DNA of 62,986 bases, counting the filler, from Parasitella parasitica NRRL 2501 (lineage: Eukaryota; Fungi; Mucoromycota): NCBI GenBank assembly GCA_025201805.1. It is 9 parts of 9 records of this genome, joined end to end, with 100 filler letters (N's around TTAATTAATTAA, not from the genome) between each part and the next. Parts side by side here need not be neighbours in the genome. Positions count along the whole stretch, not along the records: positions 6,002 to 13,305 come from MU619379.1; positions 13,406 to 29,276 come from MU619312.1; 7 more parts are not named here. One strand, written 5' to 3'. The position numbers and the translations under genes were made by a program. Of the stretch, positions 12,274 to 25,393 are shown one piece after another. The notes beneath the pieces are model-generated. The model searched no databases. It was given only the letters and a program-made list of their open reading frames with translations, and was not told the origin of the DNA. Each line of letters begins with the position of its first letter. The stretch's first letter is position 1.

Positions 12274-12581
12274 TGATTTATCGGAATGAGAAATTATTCA
12301 AATAAAACGGTTGTGAATTAATCAGGTAAAGATCTCGTTTATTACATGTAAAAAATAATGGTTTATATACTAGTGAATCTAAGTGGACTGATGGGAGGAT
12401 GAGATACTAGTGTGAGACATGGCGTGATTTAGAGAATGGAACGATAGATTGTATCTATTGTCCATGAACATGTCATGTTGAGTTATAAATAAGGAACATA
12501 ATCCACTGGGATATGTTCTTGAATTGTGTTCAGGATTGAGTTTACTTGAGTTTGACTTCCGGTTGGGAAATTGACACATCA
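12274..12581 (-). mobile_element. LTR family A copy 2 (no matching TSD)
   Basis: Close match to 6563-6870; termini TGAT...ATCA; flanks ACGGT and CAGAT differ. Confidence 0.88.
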
Positions 12582-12619
12582 CAGATCATCATAGTGAATG
12601 CATTTCAAAGTGCATAATA

Positions 12620-13305
12620 TTTTTATTATTTTTGTTTTTTTCATAAAATCACGATTAATTTGGCTAAGTCAACACCAAAATTCTAAAAACAAAAAAACAG
12701 GGTTTCCCCCTGTTTTGATGTAGGGCGGAGCTTGAAATTTGACCAAAAATAGAAATTGGTAAAATTTCAATAAATACCCCCCCTAAATAGCCGAAAAATA
12801 TCTTACCACACTTCACAGCTTTGGATAATATGGCCCATCTCAAGTGAACTGCTAGGGTAAGCACAGTCGATGAGTAGAAAAAGCCTGCATGCTTCTGTAT
12901 GACCCGGATAAAGACCTAATGTCAAGTTTCAGTGATAGGCCATCCACTTGACAGCAAGAGAGAACCAAAACTTCAATTAGTAAAAGAGCTCTTACAAAAA
13001 CATAATTAAATGATAATTCCTGAATAAACTACTGCATTAGAAACACGCCGTCCTGTGTATTATTTTCTTGTACTAGGTACTATAAAAAAACGCGTTTGAG
13101 AGTGTCAGTTATGGCGTTTTCGAGAACGTGTATGTAGTATTTACTGTTTTGAAGGGAAAAAATCGACTTTACCCAGAATTAAACAGGTACACCTTATAGT
13201 ACCAGCAATAATGAATGCAAATTGCACACGTATGGATTGTAGATGATCAAGTATAAGAGTATATAATAGCAACATAATAGCGTAATAAAAGTGGAAAAGC
13301 AGCAA
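12620..13305. repeat. Dispersed ~700-bp non-coding repeat, copy 1 (probable non-autonomous DNA element)
   Basis: Colinear with 50810-51527. Contains hairpin AAAACAGGG-TTTCC-CCCTGTTTT (12694-12716). Both copies end at gaps. Confidence 0.85.
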
Positions 13306-13405
13306 NNNNNNNNNNNNNNNNNNNNNNNNNNNNNNNNNNNNNNNNNNNNTTAATTAATTAANNNNNNNNNNNNNNNNNNNNNNNNNNNNNNNNNNNNNNN
13401 NNNNN

Positions 13406-13924
13406 ATCAATCTTCTATGCGAAGATTATTAATATCAATCCATAAGCGTATATCATTCCTTGTATAGTCTTATCCAGTCTATATTAATATAGTACATGTC
13501 CAAGTGAATATAACTTGGTATATTCATCTTAACATATATCGGTATACGTAGTATGTCTATAGCATGTCATGAGCATATCTATAGCATTGCACATATTGCA
13601 CAAGTCTGTAGTAAATATAATGTATCTATAGCTAGTGTCATGGATATAAGTATATTTCTTGTAGTGCTTATCTGGGAATACGCATCTGAAGCATAGATCT
13701 TATATGACATAAACTCGTAGCACATACTAAATGTATAAAATGTCTAAGGCTCGTGTCGAGATATAAGTATCAGTCTATAGCGTCATCCATCCTAATGGTG
13801 CCATCTCTAGCCTATATCTTATATGGTATAATTCTGTATATTGTACATCTTTTTAACTGTGCACATGTGCTCTATATTAATTTATGGTAACTGGATGAAT
13901 CTAGAAGTGGAATCCAGACCATCA
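13406..13924 (-). mobile_element. Probable partial LTR (one end lost in the gap)
   Basis: AT-rich with internally repetitive TATA/CATG motifs; ends CCATCA like families A and B; abuts the YR remnant. Confidence 0.4.
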
Positions 13925-13944
13925 TAATGAAATAAGGTAAAAAC

Positions 13945-14230
13945 ATGCCCCCAACATGTCAATCTGCATTGACTTTGTTTACTTGGCTAAATAAACATTT
14001 TATCTCAATATGTACCAATAAACACCGGGTCTCTATTTGGTCCGTTGTTGACCTCCTCTCGCGCTCACGATCTATTATGGCTCTCGGCAACTGGGCTTCA
14101 TCTGATACATTTGTTCGTCATTATCAGCGCGATCAAATGGCACATGTTGATTTTACTTCCACGGTTTTATTAAGTCAAAACGTATTTTTTGATGCTCCTG
14201 ATTCCCTTTTGTCTCTGGACTCGCATAATA
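13945..14230 (+). pseudogene. DIRS-type tyrosine recombinase C-terminal remnant
   Basis: TWLNKHFISIC...RVSI.S...IMALGNWASSDTFVRHYQR: the G-x-W-x-S-x-x-x-F-x-x-H-Y box carrying the catalytic Tyr. Confidence 0.7.
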
Positions 14231-14524
14231 ATTTTGTTTTTCAGGTCTTATTAGCAACTCGAATGCTTTAAAAATTCTGAAGCATCTGCCAAAACATATG
14301 AAAAAACATTTTTTTCTTGGCACTTGTCTAAAACTCACGCATATACTAGAGTGTTGAATTACAAACAGGTTTTAATAATCACTCGAGTCAAAGTATAACA
14401 ATGTTTAGAGAAAAAATACAAAATTGTGTCTAGTTCCTTGAATTAAAGCTTTTTTGCAGTATCCTTAATACCAGCAAGTGTTTAAAAACGTATTGTATAA
14501 CTGTATTCAGGAACTCCAATACGA

Positions 14525-14615
14525 TTTAATTGGGATATTCGGCACTTGCTATAGGCCCAAATGCTGTAAAATTAGCAAATCTTGTTTTTTTTTTGGCAAT
14601 ATCTCGACAACAAGG
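14525..14615 (+). repeat. Short dispersed repeat shared with 61605-61695
   Basis: Shared ACTTG.TATAGG....ATGCTGTAAAATT...TTTTGGCAATATCTCGACA.CAA. Confidence 0.6.
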
Positions 14616-14969
14616 CACTACTGCCCAACACAAGCTCATAGCAATGTAATTTACCATAGTATTAGAGAAATAAAAGTGACTAAAATTATTCAGTTTTATT
14701 CATTTTATACAGGACATCAGTAAAACGGGAACACTGGTTTTAAAGACATCCCTATTTGCAAATGAATTTCAACCATTATGTGATAAACCCTATTTGTGTT
14801 GCTTATAGCAATAAATCTAGCAGTAGAATATATATGCAATGACACTAAATTTCTTTAATTTATGTAGCAAGAACTATGAAATCAGGTAATTGCTGTATTA
14901 TGTAAGTGGGGATATGATCAATTAAATTATGAATAAACACCTTTGTACAGTAAAATGGTGCGACAATAG

Positions 14970-15017
<48 letters not shown>

Positions 15018-15074
15018 AAATGTACGCTATAGCACTAAATTGCATGAAACAGGCCGCTCAAGTGATGACAGCAG

Positions 15075-16600
15075 AGAAAATTGAAGCTTTGCAGTGACCT
15101 TATTGGCCAAGGAGACCTGTGTTCATTCAAAGCAGAGGACACCCTGTTGCTAACATTATTGCTTCTTTCAAGTCAGAGGGATTTCTGAAATCAGAAAGTT
15201 TGTCATCAAGAAGTGTGTTCCTTTTGGATTCAGGTGCTCTTGATGCCCCTTCTGAAACTCTAAACTACTAGTAAACATGCAAAAATATGAGATATAGTTC
15301 AATCAAAAGGTTTGGATATGGATTACCTAAAAATTTTGCTATTCTTTATTGGATCGTACGTTATAAAAACTACAGGATTTGTCTCTTTGGCGATACCTCG
15401 ACAACGAATAAAGATAATATGGCCAAGCTGCGAGTGTAGCCGAATTCAATCAGTATACCACTTTAAAGTAAGGCTTGCATTGATAACGTAGAGGAATTCC
15501 ATGGGAGGAGACATCTTTCATAGATATTCTCTGTCTCAATTAAAGTATGTGAACACAAGTGTAGTTTGCAGTGATAATGTTTTGCACAAAGTTCAATTAA
15601 TCCAAAAAAATTAAGTATCCTTTCCATCAGATGTTTTCTAATCAATCAACAAAACACAGACAAAATATATATTTGACTAAAAATTTCAGTTGAAATGCTC
15701 TTGCCTCTATCTTCAACACAAACATGTTATAATAAAACCTACGTTTTTCATTAGCACATTAGTAGTATTTATTATTCTACAATTAAGGTTTGTTAGCAAA
15801 TAAATCTCGGTGTTTACCAAGTTATCGAAGTTGAACACTAAATCCCTTATGATCATCTCTAGTGATCTCTGCATAGCCGCCTGCCATCATCTTAAAAGCT
15901 TGGCAACCATACTGACGAATTTTATCTACATAATAGTTCATGTGTAAAATCTGTCATCTGTTTCTTCCAAGAGAAAGACAGCGTTACTTATTTCGAAACT
16001 TGTGTCTTCGTCTGTGTGCCTCCCCCATATTGTGGAAATGCCAGAACTGTTTTTTATCATGACCCAACGTTTTGGAAAAGCCTCTAGTCTTAATTTGAAA
16101 AAATACACAAGTGAAGCTTTTTATGGGAACATGATCGACTTTGCCTCATCACATGCAATTCTCTAGAGTTCAACTCTGTTTCTATTATATTTTTAGCGCA
16201 GAATGCTCGTATTTGTGGTGTGAACGATAGTATTTGAACTATATCGAATGAAATAGCGATGTTATTTTTTATTTTGAGTGATTCGATAAGATAATGTGCC
16301 AAAATCAGACATTCTAATATACTTATTTCCGCACATACAGTAAATGATAGTCTCTCTCTATAAGTCTCTGTGGCCATGAAGTAAAAGATCCTTAATCACA
16401 ATGGCGCCGGTGTCAACCTTGATTATGCCTTTAGAATACATTATTTTCATGGATTGATGGAGTAATTACAATGAACTGCTCATTGTCGATTAAAATGAGT
16501 CCCACTTTGCGCTAAGTACTTTTATCGTACAACACTCTGGTGTTTGTCGAGTTGCAGTTTCATATCACTCATCACCTGATGATAATAGATATTTGAGTTT
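15075..16600 (-). pseudogene. Unclassified decayed coding sequence with apparent introns
   Basis: Protein-like fragments (VDKIRQYGCQAFKMMAGGYAEI; QLGHIIFIRCRGIAKETNPVVF; ESKRNTLLDDKLSDFRNPSDLKEAIM) separated by stops and a GTAATC...TAG intron-like segment. Confidence 0.35.
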
Positions 16601-17445
16601 ACCGTTCCTTTTGTTTTTATTATGCTCGATTTGCGGGACGATCCTCACTTATACAGATTCCAAGAGGACTTTGCGATTTGATTCGAAAGGTTTTTACAAA
16701 AAAAAAAAAAAAAAAAAAAATTGAAGATCATGATTTATCTTTGGGCAAGTTGAGAATAATATCAAGAGCTTAGCGGTGTACGGTTGTGAGTATTCTGATT
16801 ATTCGGTTTTGAAGCACTCCCAACGTATCTATTGTTTCGTATTTCAAAATATTTGTATTGACATGTATCTATGCACAGATCGAAAAGAATAGGGTTAAAA
16901 TTAAATATGTGTTTCATTACAGCACAATATTTTACGATTGGTGAGCCTATTCCTGGCCTGAAACCAAAATTCCAGGCGCAAGATAGCTTAATGAGTTTTT
17001 AGGTGGCCATTATTATATTAGGTAATTGACGTGGTTTCAGCTGTTGAATTGCTTAAATCGATTAGATCACGACGCATAATGAGTTCACTTATTATCATGG
17101 CAAAAACGAGAGGAAAGGTTAGGGAATAATTCTATGATTCAAGGTGATCTGATCTAGTTGGGACTAAGCGATATTCACTAGTAATTTTTGATACAGTTTG
17201 TTGCTCTAAAAGATATACATGTGTGTTCAACCGAACAAGGTAGTTGATCAACTCAGCAAGACACTTGTATCTTTTAGGAAAATGGAAGAAAAAAATCAGC
17301 CCACAAACCTTGCTTCCGTATTTGTGAATGATTCGAAATCAAAATAAAAAGAAAGAGAGGTTATTTCACTTTTTTTTTTTTTCTACTTTTGATTGACCCC
17401 TCTTTGTTTCATTCAAGCGTTCAACATTTCCAAATCATTCTCATT

Positions 17446-20400
17446 ATGGAAACATATAGCAGCGCTCCAGCATTACAACATCACAAATTATCCACGGAAA
17501 ACGCTGATGGAGATGCTCCCTATCTGTCCTTATCACAGTTTGACGTCGAGCTTCAGCAACAAGCTCAATTAGCCATGCAACAGGAAATTGACGCATGGCA
17601 AGATTTTGAAAACTACTTGCCGCCCATTAATGAAAACGCAAATTATGGTCAACATGAATTTGTGCAACAGTACAACCCGCAACAAGTGCATAGTGGCAAT
17701 GGCTTGAATTTGTCTTCCTCGCCCAACAGTAGTAGCGCAAGCAGTAGTCATAGGACCGCAAAAGACATCAAGCTTGAATACACTAGTCCAGAGACTGTTA
17801 CATTCACATCACCTACAAGCGAGACAATGCAGTCGATTGTCTCGCCATTCGGGAGTCCTGAACAACAGGCATCACATCAACGTTCTCCAATCTCCACTTG
17901 TACCAACACGCCATTAGAGACTCCCTTGCATTCACCGAAACCCAATATCCTTGGCCACCCCATCGAATTTAATCTTCATTCACAGCAGCAATCCATTTCA
18001 ACAAATTCAGGTATGTGATTTGTGGAAGGATGACGGCTCGACATGATATTCATGCATTCATCTTTTTAAATATAGGTAAACAGAAATCTCCCAGTATTGA
18101 TGATGTCAATACTACGCCACCTACCTCTATTGTGAGACCCACCAGTGCTATGCCTCAACAGAAAAAAACTGCGCACAATGCCATTGAACGCCGTTACCGA
18201 AACAATATCAATGACCGTATCGCGGAACTGAAAAATGCCGTTCCTGCGCTTCTCTATGCCAAAGTCAAAGATTCGCGCACTGGTGCCAAGAGATCTCATC
18301 GAGCCAGTAACAATGACGAAGATGATGATGGCGAAGACGGCGAAGAATATCTTGATGGTGTCGCTGTCGCCACAAAGCTTAATAAAGCTACTATTTTACG
18401 TAAAGCAACAGAGTACATTTTGCATCTGAAACGCACTAATGAAGACATGCAGCAAGAAAACGCTACTTTACAACGTCTTCTTGGTCAGCTACCCGGCGGA
18501 CATGAGGTCCTAAGTCGCTACCGGATGCAAAAGATACAGCGGGAGCAACAAGTCCAAAGGCAAATGCTACAAGAGCGTGCCCTGCAAAAGCAACGAAAAC
18601 AGCAGCATCGTAAAACCAGTTCTAAGAAGAGGTCTCGTCATCCTGACGCTTCAGAGAACATGTCTTTTTCTTTGTCTAACTCTGTTGACCCGCTGACCCC
18701 TCCTATTGCCATTTCAGCAAAGACACAGCAGCAAAACCAGAAATGGCATGACATGATGCGCTATAACTACCAACAAAACACGCAACAAAAGAACATGTCC
18801 GTCACTAATCGTGTTTTCATGGCTGTCTTTATGGCCATTAGCTTCTTTTCTTCATCTCCTCTTTCTGCAGGACCCGTGTCCAAGGAGCAATTCGAAAACC
18901 ACAACCATATTTCTCGCACAGCGGATAACATTTATTCTTTCAATACAAGCCTCAATGCATCATTTTTCGCTGCCCTCTTTCCAATGCATGACGGATGGTA
19001 AGTTTTTAATATTACAAAAAACATCGTTAGAAAGCCAATATATTTCTTGACAGGTCCACTTTAAGGTCTACTTTATTTGCTCTTTGCCTTGTCCAGCTGT
19101 TTTTCCCCGTGCTAAGGTTTTGGCTTTCCTATGGTTTCAAAGCCAAAAAAGTAGGCAATAAAGCTGCTGAAAACAAGCCTTCCTTGAACGGCAACATTGC
19201 GTCTCATGTAACACCATTAACGCCTGGCGATCAGAAATGCATGCAAATCTACAGCATTTTGGTCAAGTCCCTGGAAAGCGATGCAACTGGAAGGTCTCAT
19301 AAGGAATCTGTTCTTCCGCAAAAGTACAAAAGTACCGTTGGTTTCTATGTTGCTCTTGTTAAAGAAATTGCTCGTTTTGTCAGTCGCCATTGGCTTGGTT
19401 ATGAAATCCTGTACGATGACCAAGATTTAGGCCCTCAGGAACAGTGGGTTCAAGCCTGCAAATGGATCAAACTGAATGAGGTTGAATGTCTCGGTGGTAA
19501 TCCCAATGTATCGCGATCTTCGATGCTGTATTCCTGTTTTCATATGCTCAATCTGATTGAATTGATGCAAGACGATGATAACGAATACGTTGAACAATCG
19601 CGATCTCGTGTCTACGCTACAACTGCTCTTCAAATGGCCCTTGTCATCCCTCATCATGGTCTCTCTGAGATGCTATCTAGATATTTCTGGCGCTTGTCGA
19701 TGTACGAATCCGGCCTCGAAGATGATCCGTTGATGCGGGCTCTTATATTTGATTGCCATGAAGATGACGGCGAAGACCGGATAGAAGTCATGCTTGCCTC
19801 TCGTGCGTGGAATGAGACGTTGGAGGTCATGAATCAGCAAATTGAAAATTTTGGTAAAGTCGAAGCCCGTGGTCTTTCGCTCTCTATGACAGCGCCTGTT
19901 CTTGTGCCCGTTGGCATCCTATCTACGCTTCACCTGCTTGATAATCTGCAAACACAATTTGGCCGCTTAATCATTTCTGTTACGGCAAAACCTCTGACAG
20001 CGGCTATGGTAGCGGAGGAGAATGAACGTGAAACCGCATTTGCTCAATTAATGAATATCACCGACCCTGCTATGGGGAACGAGAACCGTTTTGGCGATTA
20101 TCATCGTTTGGCTCATTGGCTTGCTACAGTCGGCGCTACGGTTGACGCACTTTGGAAAAGCGACAATAGAAATGCAGAGAAACTACTCAAGTCTTTGGTC
20201 GAAAAGGTGCCTCGCTCTCTTGTGTCCCGAGATGTTACAGGCGCTGATATTATGTGCCATAAAAAACGTATGAATCAATTGGATGAATTGACAAAAAAGA
20301 GCATGATTCACATTCTGGTCGGCGCTTACCTGCTCAAACAAGACAGTGAAGAACAGCGTCGTCGTGGTGTAGAGGAACTCTGGAAAGCAGAAGAAATCAA

Positions 20401-20875
20401 AAATCAAATCAAAAAGACATCCAGTATCTACACCAAGCGCTCGCATCTTAAGAAAGTCGAGCATGACCATGATCTTGAAAGCTCTGTATTGACACTAGCT
20501 GAATTCGTCACACATGTCACTGGACTGGAAGCTTGGATCTCTGCCTGGCGCTTGACTCCTGTGTTATCAAACGATGCAAAGGACCGCGATGTTTGGGAAA
20601 ACACAATGACTGAACAAGTTCGTCATGCAAGCTTGCATTTGCGACGTATGATTCGTCGTCATTCGCTAGATGGATTACGCACAAATCAAGCCATCGTTGA
20701 ACGTCTTGGACGATTAGGTGCCTATGTGTCTAGTCAGATTGATGAGATCGACTCTGCTTGTGAGTGCTCAGAATTTGATCAAGAACAAGGCACAGACAAT
20801 TTGAAGAGAGACGATGAGTCTATGCTTGTCCGTCGTTCAGAAAAAGCATTAGAAATCCTACGTGGTCTTTCATGA
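17446..20875 (+). CDS. sre1: Sterol regulatory element-binding protein (SREBP; bHLH-ZIP, two TM segments, C-terminal regulatory domain)
   Basis: Introns 18011-18075 and 18998-19053. The bHLH KTAHNAIERRYRNNIND has the SREBP-diagnostic Tyr; KLNKATILRKATEYI; TM segments VFMAVFMAISFF and STLFALCLVQLFFPVL. Confidence 0.92.
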
Positions 20876-21084
20876 TGGCCCCATGCATTATATTTATTCC
20901 AGAACCAAAAGCAACCCCTTCCTACCCTTTTTCTTTGCATTTATCTCTTTTTTTTTTTTCAATAAACTACAGTATATTAGTATTTTGTAGCTATTATGGT
21001 GATGAATGAGGATAGAGGTTTTATTTCGTACGTTGTGGGTGATTTTGCTACAAATATATACATATACGTGCTTTTTTCTTCTAT

Positions 21085-23780
21085 TTAAATGATTGGTTTC
21101 AGCTTTAAAAGGCGTTGGTTGTAATCTTGAACTTCTCCTTTCATTTGATCTAGTCTTTGATGGACATTGTTCATTTTATGATTGAGCCATTTTGAATCAG
21201 CTTCCAGTTTGTAAGGCTTGTTATTACTTTGAACTATTTCGAGCCGATGTGTGATATGATGCAATCGTAAGGCCAGCGCACAATGTGTCATTATAACCAA
21301 AAAGAACCCAATGTATATGAAATCGGTAAGTTTTGGTGAGCAAATATGATTCAGCGCAGATTGCCTCCAAGAAAAATTTGAAACTTTGCATTGCGAATTT
21401 GATTTTGGCTCTGCCATGTGTAATCCTTCCAGTATGTCTTCATCTTGGATAAGTTCACGCATCAAATCTGGCTTGTTCAAAATTGAATTCAAATGGCTGT
21501 AGAGCCTTCGTTGATCGTCAGCAGCATTCTTTTCAATGATGGCTGTAAATGAATATACAATGGTGAGTATTGTGAGCGTTGTTTACACACATCAATTAAC
21601 TCACAGCTTACTAGTCCACTTTTCGAAAATACGACTTGCAATGTAACTAAGACATGTACCTTTTCTTTGTTTACTCTAGTGATACAGGTGCGAGATTGAA
21701 TCGAATAAACAGCACCCATTGGCATGTCTGGCATTGACTTTTTGGCGGTGACACAGCAATAATATGGATACTTGCGGTGAATCCGTTTTTCCTGAAATAA
21801 TGTTTTAACAATTTTTGTGCCTATGGATTTATCATTAAATACGGCACACGTTTGTTTACTGCATGATAAACATTACCCATTGTGGAACTCTTAATTTTAC
21901 GTTTGCCAGTAACCTCACGAATTCCATGCTTCCAAGTACCAAGTTGCACATCTAATAGCGAATCAGCAAATGGACGCGCTAAACACATCTAATATATACA
22001 TGTACCTTCAAAATTCTCATATTTTTCAAGGAATCCTTTCACAAACTTGCTGTTGAATAATAATTTGAACACAGCCTCCACTGTGCCTTTATATGTTTCA
22101 TTCAAGGCAATATGGAAGTATTGTTCACCCTTAACCGTGCATGGGCAGACTCTAGTTTTCTTGATGGGGGTCAACACTTCTTGTTGACGAACTTCACGTT
22201 TTGTGCCTGATTCGGTTTTGGGCACAATTGAAACGTTGCTTTTATTTTGGCTTGTATAAGAATCAGAGGCAGATCTGGGGCGAGATTGTTGTTTCAGGGT
22301 ATCGCTATGAAGAGATTTGTTGACGATAGGAGTAGGCGCATTATTTGTAACCGAAGTAGTAGCAGGTGCAGACTCTTCGGTTGCCACGGCCGAAACAGTA
22401 TTTACAGCAACTAAAGGAGGGGCGATTGGCTTCCTGTTGTTGGTGATGAGATCATCTGGTGAATTCTCATGATTCAAAATAGAATCATGATCGAGGATCA
22501 GCAATGGAGGTGTGTGAAGTATAATGGCTGAATCCACTGACGGAATACTACCCTCGTCGTCCGTTTCTTCGTCCTGGTCATCATCGTATGAGCTGTTTCT
22601 ATTCAAGGAAGACTGAGCAGATAATGGTGCAGACGATGCTCTCTTTCGCAGGTCCCATATTTTTAAGATTTGATCAAAGGCTTGATCACGAGAGAGAAAG
22701 GAGGCAAAAACATGCTATAATTTAAATAATGCGATATCAAATTTGCTGCTCAATATGTCATTGTGTAACAAGGCACTTACTGTAGAAGTATTAGTAGCGA
22801 TAAGAATGCCGTTTGGGATGATTTTTGCTGTCATTCGCTTTTCGATTCGAGTGATTTCAGAGAAATTGATCACAAGCTACGAAAAAATGTAGGTGAATAC
22901 ATCATATATCAATTAATTGCACACCTACATTGGTTACCCAGCCGAATATATTTGATTTAAAGCACACATGGTGTTCAGACACATAAAAATGACCCTGCAA
23001 TAAAATGTCCTTTTGGAGTGCACATTTGTAATCTACACACATATGAATATATCAGAACCCAGACTTTCCCTCATCTGTATTCAATATTTTACCTTGGATT
23101 AGCATGTCTTGTTCCTGTACACTCTTGAAGAGCGCGTGGAATTCATCGTTTCGCTTCTCGTTTGCCAATCGGAAATCACAAGCAATGGCAAAACTACCGG
23201 GCCTTTCTTCGCCATTGAGTATATCAGCTTCTGCAGCTGCTGCTGGGTCCAGTGAATCAAGTTCCGCATTATTGGTTGTTGCTACTGCCAATGAAGACGC
23301 AGTAGTGGCAGTGTTTGCTGCCATCGAATTCGAAGATAAGGATTCTAAGCTTCTTGTTGATGTACTTCTCTTGATAACGAATGGCCTTTTGATGGGAAGG
23401 CTATAGTGCTTTTGACGACTATATAAAGTTCTAATCGCTGATCTTTTATTATTGCGATTTGTTGCTAAATCATTGTCATTTCCATTCTCATCTACCGTAT
23501 TCTGCATTCCTGGAGATGATGGTGGATTGGATGATGAGCTTGCTGGTATTTGATAATCTTCTTGCGCTGAGCGTTTAGATTCTGAGCTATGGCGTCTATC
23601 TAAAACCTCATGCACTAGAGACTTGGTGGTATCCTTTGCTTTGGCCAACATTTTCTTAGCCGAAAATCTACGTCTTAGATGGTATTTATCAGATTGAGTT
23701 GACGTATTTATGACAGCAGCAGTAGATGAGCTAGACAAAGAAAAAGAAGAAGAAGCAGATGATTTTTTTTTCAGAGACAT
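21085..23780 (-). CDS. GRAM + VASt/StARkin membrane-anchored sterol transfer protein (LAM/Ltc/Ysp2, GRAMD1 family)
   Basis: Spliced GRAM domain RNDEFHALFKSV...DYKCALQKDILLQG..YVSEHHVCFKSNIFGW...FASFLSRDQAF. VASt-like PDMPMGAVYSIQSRTCIT; C-terminal TM and coiled coil. Confidence 0.88.
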
Positions 23781-24242
23781 TTTATGTACAAAGCAAGACA
23801 ACAATTTAAGTTTCAATGACGTCGGTGGTTCGTTATTTGACAAATATGATTAATGTATTCACAAAAATAGGATATGATCGAAAAGAAAGGCAAGACATTG
23901 TGCTGCGAGCACTCTATTCAAATTTGTAGACACACACCTAAACACGTTATTGAATTACCGAAGATGGCTGTAGTCGTCAACAAATTGCACATCGACAGAG
24001 CAGTTCTTCTGGTATCTGTTGCAATCAAGTGGGGTAAAGATATACTCTCAAAAAAGACACACAGAAAAAAACAGATTGAGTAGGTTTCCCATTCAAATTC
24101 AAATTTTCAAATGTTCCATCATACTATGCAATAAAATGCATTTCTAATGACCGCGGTAGACTCTGATCAAAATGTGAAATGACCTACCGGTATATGCATT
24201 TATTCTATAAAAAGGAGAGGAGAGAAATATACATGAATCTGA

Positions 24243-25169
24243 TTAAAATAACCCAATCTTTGTTTTGCCATTCTGCAATAGAGGAGAAATATTTTTACCG
24301 AGAAATTGAAAGAGGTCTGTTCTGACCTCCTGGAGGTCAAAAATGTTGAATTTCTTTGCGTTTCTTTCGGTATCAATCACTAACAGCTCCAAATTATCTA
24401 ATTTCAAATGACCTTGATCTACAAGTGCTTGAAGTCGATTGGGTGTACCAACGCCCATATGAATAGATTCATGCTCTAGAAACCATATTTGATCTTCAAT
24501 CTTGAAATGTTTGGCGAATAGTTTAGCAACCTTGGCTGTGGATCCAAATTCTTTTAACGCGCTAGACGACCAATATCATATTAATAACCAGTTACCATGT
24601 AACTGAATCTGGTTCGAGATGAACGACACTTACCGACATAAATCAACGGCACGAATGGCTGAATGAGTGACAATCAATGCAACAGGGCTAGCGAGTACAG
24701 TAGGCTTCTTTGCGAGCTTTTTATGACCAGCCACACCAAATTTGACATAATTTGGCAATGCCTCTAATGTGTGTTCTTGCTTAAAATTCTCATTGTTCAC
24801 AAGATGTGATTCTGGCAACACTTGATCTTCCAATTCGACTCCTGATAACTTTGGTAACGCTAGTTTTTGACGATCTTGTAAATACTCGGCTTGCACAGTT
24901 GGATTTTCTTGCCAGATATTGATGGTATCAAAAGGATTAATTGGCCCTCTCTTCTTTTTTGATTGTTTCTTCTTCTTTTTCTTTTGTGGTTCTCCGACAT
25001 TGTCAATACTGGCATTTTCAGGCTTTCTTTTTAAAGGTGCAGCTGCTGATGCATCATCATCAGAGATAGCTGCTTCGTTTTCAGAGTAAATGATGGCCTC
25101 TTCTTCTACGAAATCATCTTCAAAATCGTCGGCAGATGCTTGCTTCTTTTTTGCTGAAACTTCTGACAT
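24243..25169 (-). CDS. CMS1: Cms1/CMSS1 90S pre-ribosome factor
   Basis: SPVALIVTHSAIRAVDLCR|ALKEF...KLFAKHFKIEDQ...GVGTPNRL; acidic/Lys-rich N-terminus; one intron (~24563-24632). Confidence 0.88.
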
Positions 25170-25393
25170 GTTGACTTGGATCCAGATGCAGTAAAGATGC
25201 GAAAAAAAAGCTTTTGGGTTCATGAATTGAAACAATAGTGAAGAATGCCGACGGTCACCATAACGACTGTTTGTCATTCGCAACCATTGTTTAAGGTGGC
25301 TTGCCTAAATCAACTCTTTCTGCTTGGTATCTCTCTAGAAATTTCTACTCTTTTTTTTTTCGTAACCAAAGTTGACACCTTGTTTAGCTTTAT

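Noticed and set aside
6480-12581. Family A copies as an LTR pair enclosing the element
   Set aside because: A1 has its own TSD within the gag-protease region, and A2 lies outside the host 3' LTR.
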